A stretch of DNA of 32,000 bases from Thermodesulfobacteriota bacterium (lineage in GTDB: Bacteria > Desulfobacterota > WTBG01 > JAGOGO01), in NCBI GenBank assembly GCA_026625185.1, contig CP113000.1, forward strand, positions 1,395,622 to 1,427,621. Reading direction: 5' to 3'. Position numbers and translations under genes: made by a program. The first letter of the stretch is position 1. Each line of letters starts with the position of its first letter. This document shows, piece after piece, positions 28,242-32,000 of the stretch. The notes beneath the pieces were generated by a model. The model was not told where the DNA came from. It did not search any database and saw nothing but the letters and a program-made list of their open reading frames with translations.

Positions 28242-28601
28242 ATGAAAAAATATTTACCACCAATTCTGGTGATTGTATTTGGCCTCTGGTGGCTTTTGTG
28301 GGAATTGGAAGTTCTGCCATCATTTGGCCTCCTGTTGGGCACGGGATTAATCTTGAGCGGCTCAATCTTTTGGTGGGCGCATGGAATTAATAAAGGAACT
28401 TTTACCCTTGGCGGTTTTTTGATTCTCTTGGGAATATTGAGATTTTTACGACATTCGCATCTGATTACATCATTTTCGCTTGAGCTGCCGATTGTGGTCA
28501 TGGGGTTGGGAGTATTAATGTTGGTTAATCGAACCTCAATTATTCCCGAGGAAAAACCCGCTTCTGCCCAGGTCAGTGAAGAAAATCAGGTTAAAAATTA
28601 A
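28242..28601 (+). CDS. Hypothetical small membrane protein
   Basis: 119 aa with about 4 predicted hydrophobic helices and a charged C-terminal tail. SD GGGAG lies upstream. No family recognised. Confidence 0.5.
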   Translation: MKKYLPPILVIVFGLWWLLWELEVLPSFGLLLGTGLILSGSIFWWAHGINKGTFTLGGFLILLGILRFLRHSHLITSFSLELPIVVMGLGVLMLVNRTSIIPEEKPASAQVSEENQVKN

Positions 28602-28621
28602 ATAGCATACCGGATGCAACC

Positions 28622-28661
28622 GGAAAACACGAGGATCTTTAGATCACGTTGGGTGTTTTCC
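28622..28661 (+). promoter_or_regulatory. Structured 5' leader hairpin ahead of the antiporter gene
   Basis: GGAAAACAC (28622-28630) and GTGTTTTCC (28653-28661) form a 9-bp perfect inverted repeat. They enclose an inner GATC-TTTA-GATC mini-hairpin. SD GAGGAG lies at 28668-28673. Confidence 0.3.
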
Positions 28662-28679
28662 ACCAGTGAGGAGTAACGG

Positions 28680-29900
28680 ATGATTATCATCATTGTTTTC
28701 GTCGCACTGGTCTTTCTTTACAGCTTGGTATCCAGAAGGCTGGAGCGTACTTTGGTCACGGCGCCGGTCATCTTTGCCTCTGGCGGTATTCTGCTCATCC
28801 TCACCATGCCTGGATTACAGGAACTTGACATACAGCGGGCAAGTCTTCTCAAGCTTGCCGAGCTGGGACTGGTGATGCTCCTGTTCACCGACGCTACCCA
28901 TATCAATCTGAAAACACTGAGAAGCAAGGAAAAGCTTCCGCTCAGGCTCCTGAGCATCGGGATGTTGCTCACCATCCTGCTGGGTGCCGTTGCCGCTCAC
29001 TTCATCTTCTCTCAACTGTCAATAGGAGAAGCAGGAATCCTTGCTGCCATACTGGCGCCAACAGATGCCGGACTGGGGCAGGTCATTGTGCGAAGTCCCC
29101 GGGTGCCGCTGCTCATCCGTCAGTCATTGGACGTGGAGGCAGGCCTCAACGACGGGCTTGCCGTCCCCTTTTTCATGTTTTTCATCGCGGTCTCCCAGAT
29201 TGGCACGGAGGGTAGCGCTCGCGTCCTTCTAAACTATGTTTTTGAACAATTAGTGATGGGCGCACTGGCGGGGCTTTCCGTGGGTCTGATTGGTGGTCTG
29301 CTTCTGGCAAAAGCCCGACGCAAGGAATGGATGGCTGAATCCGCCCAGCAACTTGGGCTGGTGGCAATACCAGTCTTAAGCGTATTCGCCTGCGAACCTG
29401 TCGGGGGGAGTATGTTCATTGCGGCTTACATTGCGGGTTTGGCAGTACAGACAAGCTTTCGCGACGCAGGCAAACCCAGCCTCGAATTCACCGAAGGATG
29501 GGGACAGGTGTTAGATTACTTTGTCTTTTTTTTATTTGGCCTCTTTGTCGCTCTGGCAATCAGTCAGTTTAGTTTTGTACATATCCTGTATGCCATTCTC
29601 AGCCTGACCGCTGTGCGGATGGTTCCGGTTGCAATCGCCCTGATCGGCGCGCGACTCAATCGGGCAAGCATTTTATTTATTGGATGGTTCGGCCCGCGGG
29701 GACTCGCTTCTATTGTGCTTGGCCTGGTATTCCTGGAAGAGGAAGCACATTTGCCGGGAGAAGGAACAATCAAGCTGGCGGTCATGGCAACCGTCATGCT
29801 GAGCATCTTTACGCATGGCTTCACCGCGTTGCCCGGCATTGACCTGTATGCCCGCAAGGTGGCCAAACTTGATGCTTCGGCTCCCGAGAAGGCACAATAG
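28680..29900 (+). CDS. Cation:proton antiporter (CPA1/NhaP-type Na+/H+ exchanger)
   Basis: 406 aa and polytopic. ILAPTDA and EAGLNDG correspond to the CPA1 signature (the ..PTD.. and E.GLND blocks). It is markedly GC-richer than the core genes: counted lines gave 35/60 and 32/60. Confidence 0.85.
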   Translation: MIIIIVFVALVFLYSLVSRRLERTLVTAPVIFASGGILLILTMPGLQELDIQRASLLKLAELGLVMLLFTDATHINLKTLRSKEKLPLRLLSIGMLLTILLGAVAAHFIFSQLSIGEAGILAAILAPTDAGLGQVIVRSPRVPLLIRQSLDVEAGLNDGLAVPFFMFFIAVSQIGTEGSARVLLNYVFEQLVMGALAGLSVGLIGGLLLAKARRKEWMAESAQQLGLVAIPVLSVFACEPVGGSMFIAAYIAGLAVQTSFRDAGKPSLEFTEGWGQVLDYFVFFLFGLFVALAISQFSFVHILYAILSLTAVRMVPVAIALIGARLNRASILFIGWFGPRGLASIVLGLVFLEEEAHLPGEGTIKLAVMATVMLSIFTHGFTALPGIDLYARKVAKLDASAPEKAQ

Positions 29901-30288
29901 GGTTTGTTGCCAAAGGCTGATTCGATATTTTTTTATGGTGTTTGTTATTACAAAAACTCAATAAGAACGAGGGAAGCTGCTTTGGCTTGTTATGGTAGCA
30001 AAATTAGCTCCGGGAAGGGTTCACTTTAAGTCTGGTTTGGCCTGTTTTAGTCTGTCTACTATACAAAAACTATACATTTTAATAATTCTTTTCCGAAAAA
30101 ACTTCCAGGTTCAGGTCAAATATCTGCTCCTTATCTTCCTTGGCTACTCCTTATACTTCGCACTTTTTCCGGGAAGTCGCGTAAGAGCGGTTTTTATCTG
30201 CCCAGTTAAACATAAAAATTATGATAACCCCGAGGAACCACCCTCCAAACATATCGACGGCGCAATGCACATCCGAAAGAGTAATTTT

Positions 30289-30552
30289 TCAGACCTGTGA
30301 GGTGCGTCCCTTTATAACGCGGTACAAAATCAAGAGGATGACAGCGCCACCAACCGCCACTAAGATACTTCTTATATTAAAACCGGTAATTGTCCCAATA
30401 CCCAGAGAAGACCCAATAAAGCCGCCTACGAAAGCACCTGCTATTCCTATCAAAATAGTAATAATAAGTCCTCCTGGGTCCTTGCCCGGCATGATTAATT
30501 TTGCGAGCAACCCTACGATTAACCCCATAAGTATCCAAGATAGAATTCCCAT
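30289..30552 (-). CDS. GlsB/YeaQ/YmgE family stress-response membrane protein
   Basis: 87 aa. MGILSWILMGLIVGLLAKLIMPGKDPGG.IITILIGIAGAFVGGF is the transglycosylase-associated (YeaQ) signature. Confidence 0.85.
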   Translation of the reverse strand: MGILSWILMGLIVGLLAKLIMPGKDPGGLIITILIGIAGAFVGGFIGSSLGIGTITGFNIRSILVAVGGAVILLILYRVIKGRTSQV

Positions 30553-30788
30553 TATTAACTTCCTTTATTAGGTTAATATTCAATTTTCTTGTACTAACAT
30601 CACGTTACTGAGGGGAGAATACATAGAGGTCCCAAACCTCTCTGTAACCCTGCTTTAACTTTGGGAAAAAGATTTGCCATTAAATCCCGCGGTCATACCA
30701 AAGCCCGACTTTTCGTAAAAACCGCTTTTGTGCTGTCGTTTGCGGGTTACTAAACTCGCATCGGCCTTATTGTTGCTTTATTTCTACC

Positions 30789-31442
30789 TCACTTTATACT
30801 GGGATCAACCATCCTGCCCATGAACAGAATGCTGCCGGTTTGATTATCCCGAATTAAAAATAAAAAGGGATGATCCGCACGTAAAACCGGATAACTCTTG
30901 ACCGATGTAGTTTGCATTTCGACGGCCGTGGCAGCCGCAGCCTCTGTTCCTTCTTCGTTGACTTCATAAAGATTCATCATTCGGCCTGATCCAACCGGGC
31001 ATTCTACCTTGAACGCATCTCCATAATACAGGTAGTGCTGCAGGAGCGCCCGTAGGATAAGCACGTTAACCGGCATCCAGATAGGACCTCGCCAGTTAGA
31101 ATTACCACCGAATAAGAAAGAGTTTGAATCTCCCGGGATATACTCAACTTTGAATTCATCCGTGGTCACCCAAAATGCAAATGGTTTTTTTGCATGAGCA
31201 CGGGAGAGTGCCCGAATCCCAAACTCCCCCAAAAACTCTGTTTCATCCCACATCTCATCATTGTTGTCTCCGATCCTGTCTATGGCAGAAGCGATCCAGA
31301 TAAAATGCTCGGCGAATTTGACGACCATATTTTCATAGGTGGAGTCATAAAGCGCCAGCTCCAGAGAATCGACCCCTTGTTTTTGTTTTAAAGTTGATAC
31401 TTTCATTTCAGAACCAATTGCCTTCATCCGGGCGCATGGCAA
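30789..31442 (-). pseudogene. In-frame mosaic ORF: GH63/MGH1-like glycosidase fragments fused to a serpin C-terminal fragment
   Basis: 217 aa with a TTG start. Residues ~27-160 carry KFAEHFIWIASAIDRIG..MWDE and then EFLGEFGIRALSR..FGGNSNWRGPIWMPVN..YYGDAFKVECPVGSG, which are GH63-like C-terminal blocks. Residues ~161-217 read NEEGTEAAAATAV...ADHPFLFLIRDNQTGSILFMGRMVDP, which is the serpin hinge, RCL and s4B/s5B. Confidence 0.6.
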
Positions 31443-31444
31443 GA

Positions 31445-31918
31445 TTAGGCTTTTTTACGCCTTAATATTTCGAGACCCTGGGAGATCAGGTCAGCGTGAT
31501 TCTCCGGGACTTTTCCTTCCGGCGTAAGCCGGTTTACGAGCTCGGGCAGGATCTTCGTCAGCTCCCAATTTGCCTGGCCGTGTGATAAACCAATCTGCTG
31601 CGCGAGGTTGTTTAGCGAGGAATCACCAAACACCTCCTGAATTTTGTCTGACGAGACGTTTAGGTTGGGGCCAGTGCTCACCCAGGAGTCGGCCTCACGG
31701 GCCATCCCTTTATTCCGAAACATGTCAAGCACGTTGGATAGACCACCATTTTCCTGGACCATAGACAAAACCGCAGCGAGTAGATTTCCTCCACCGGCTT
31801 GATTGGCACCGCCGAGGCTTTTGATAACCGAATCTATCGGGCTCGCTGACTGTCGCGACCGATCACCACCCAAAACCGAGCCTAAGATGCTGCCTAAGAC
31901 ATTGCTTAAAAATCCCAT
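31445..31918 (-). CDS. YidB/DUF937 family protein
   Basis: 157 aa. GGLSNVLDMFRNKGMAREADSWVSTGPNLNVSSDKIQEVFG...LAQQIGLS...LPELVNRLTPEGKVP matches the YidB family pattern. Confidence 0.8.
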   Translation of the reverse strand: MGFLSNVLGSILGSVLGGDRSRQSASPIDSVIKSLGGANQAGGGNLLAAVLSMVQENGGLSNVLDMFRNKGMAREADSWVSTGPNLNVSSDKIQEVFGDSSLNNLAQQIGLSHGQANWELTKILPELVNRLTPEGKVPENHADLISQGLEILRRKKA

Positions 31919-32000
31919 AATTTCCTCCTTTCTTCTTTTGTAATGATCCCTAAGATTACCTTTAAGGGGAAAAAGCTATTGACTAAAAGAGGTGATTTTT

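Noticed and set aside
30151-30252. 33-aa hydrophobic minus-strand mini-ORF (MFGGWFLGVIIIFMFNWADKNRSYATSRKKCEV) just downstream of yeaQ.
   Set aside because: It has no SD, is below any threshold for compositional support, and belongs to no recognisable small-protein family. It is noted only as something ribosome profiling could test.

Overview
This window reads as chromosomal core DNA from a low-GC diderm bacterium. Counted 60-nt lines in core genes gave 18/60 and 23/60 G+C. The minus strand carries tRNA-Val, thrS, infC, rpmI, rplT, pheS, pheT, ihfA and a MerR-family gene (7.7-15.5 kb). The plus strand carries xerC-hslV-hslU (25.1-28.1 kb). Envelope genes are an AsmA-like protein (1066 aa), pgeF and an LpxL-like acyltransferase. 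Housekeeping genes include HU, an MgtC-family protein, yjbQ, tatD and an MBL-fold hydrolase. I found no rRNA, no CRISPR array, no intact mobile element and no recognisable multi-gene defence or secretion locus. The unusual items, in order of interest, are listed here. (1) An archaeal-type FBP aldolase/phosphatase sits next to an oversized, divergent GlpX-family protein of 558 aa. (2) A 217-aa in-frame mosaic ORF joins two glycosidase (GH63/MGH1-like) fragments to a serpin reactive-centre-loop C-terminus, inside a GC-richer block at the right end. (3) An orphan transcription unit lies beside tRNA-Val: a 17-bp perfect AT-rich palindrome, a signal-anchor-like mini-ORF ending at an in-frame TAA, a 107-aa orphan ORF and a clean terminator. 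(4) A ~210-bp MITE-like nested palindromic element. (5) A bacterial cereblon-like CULT-domain protein. All family calls rest on by-eye motif recognition against remembered sequences. No database search or alignment program was run.
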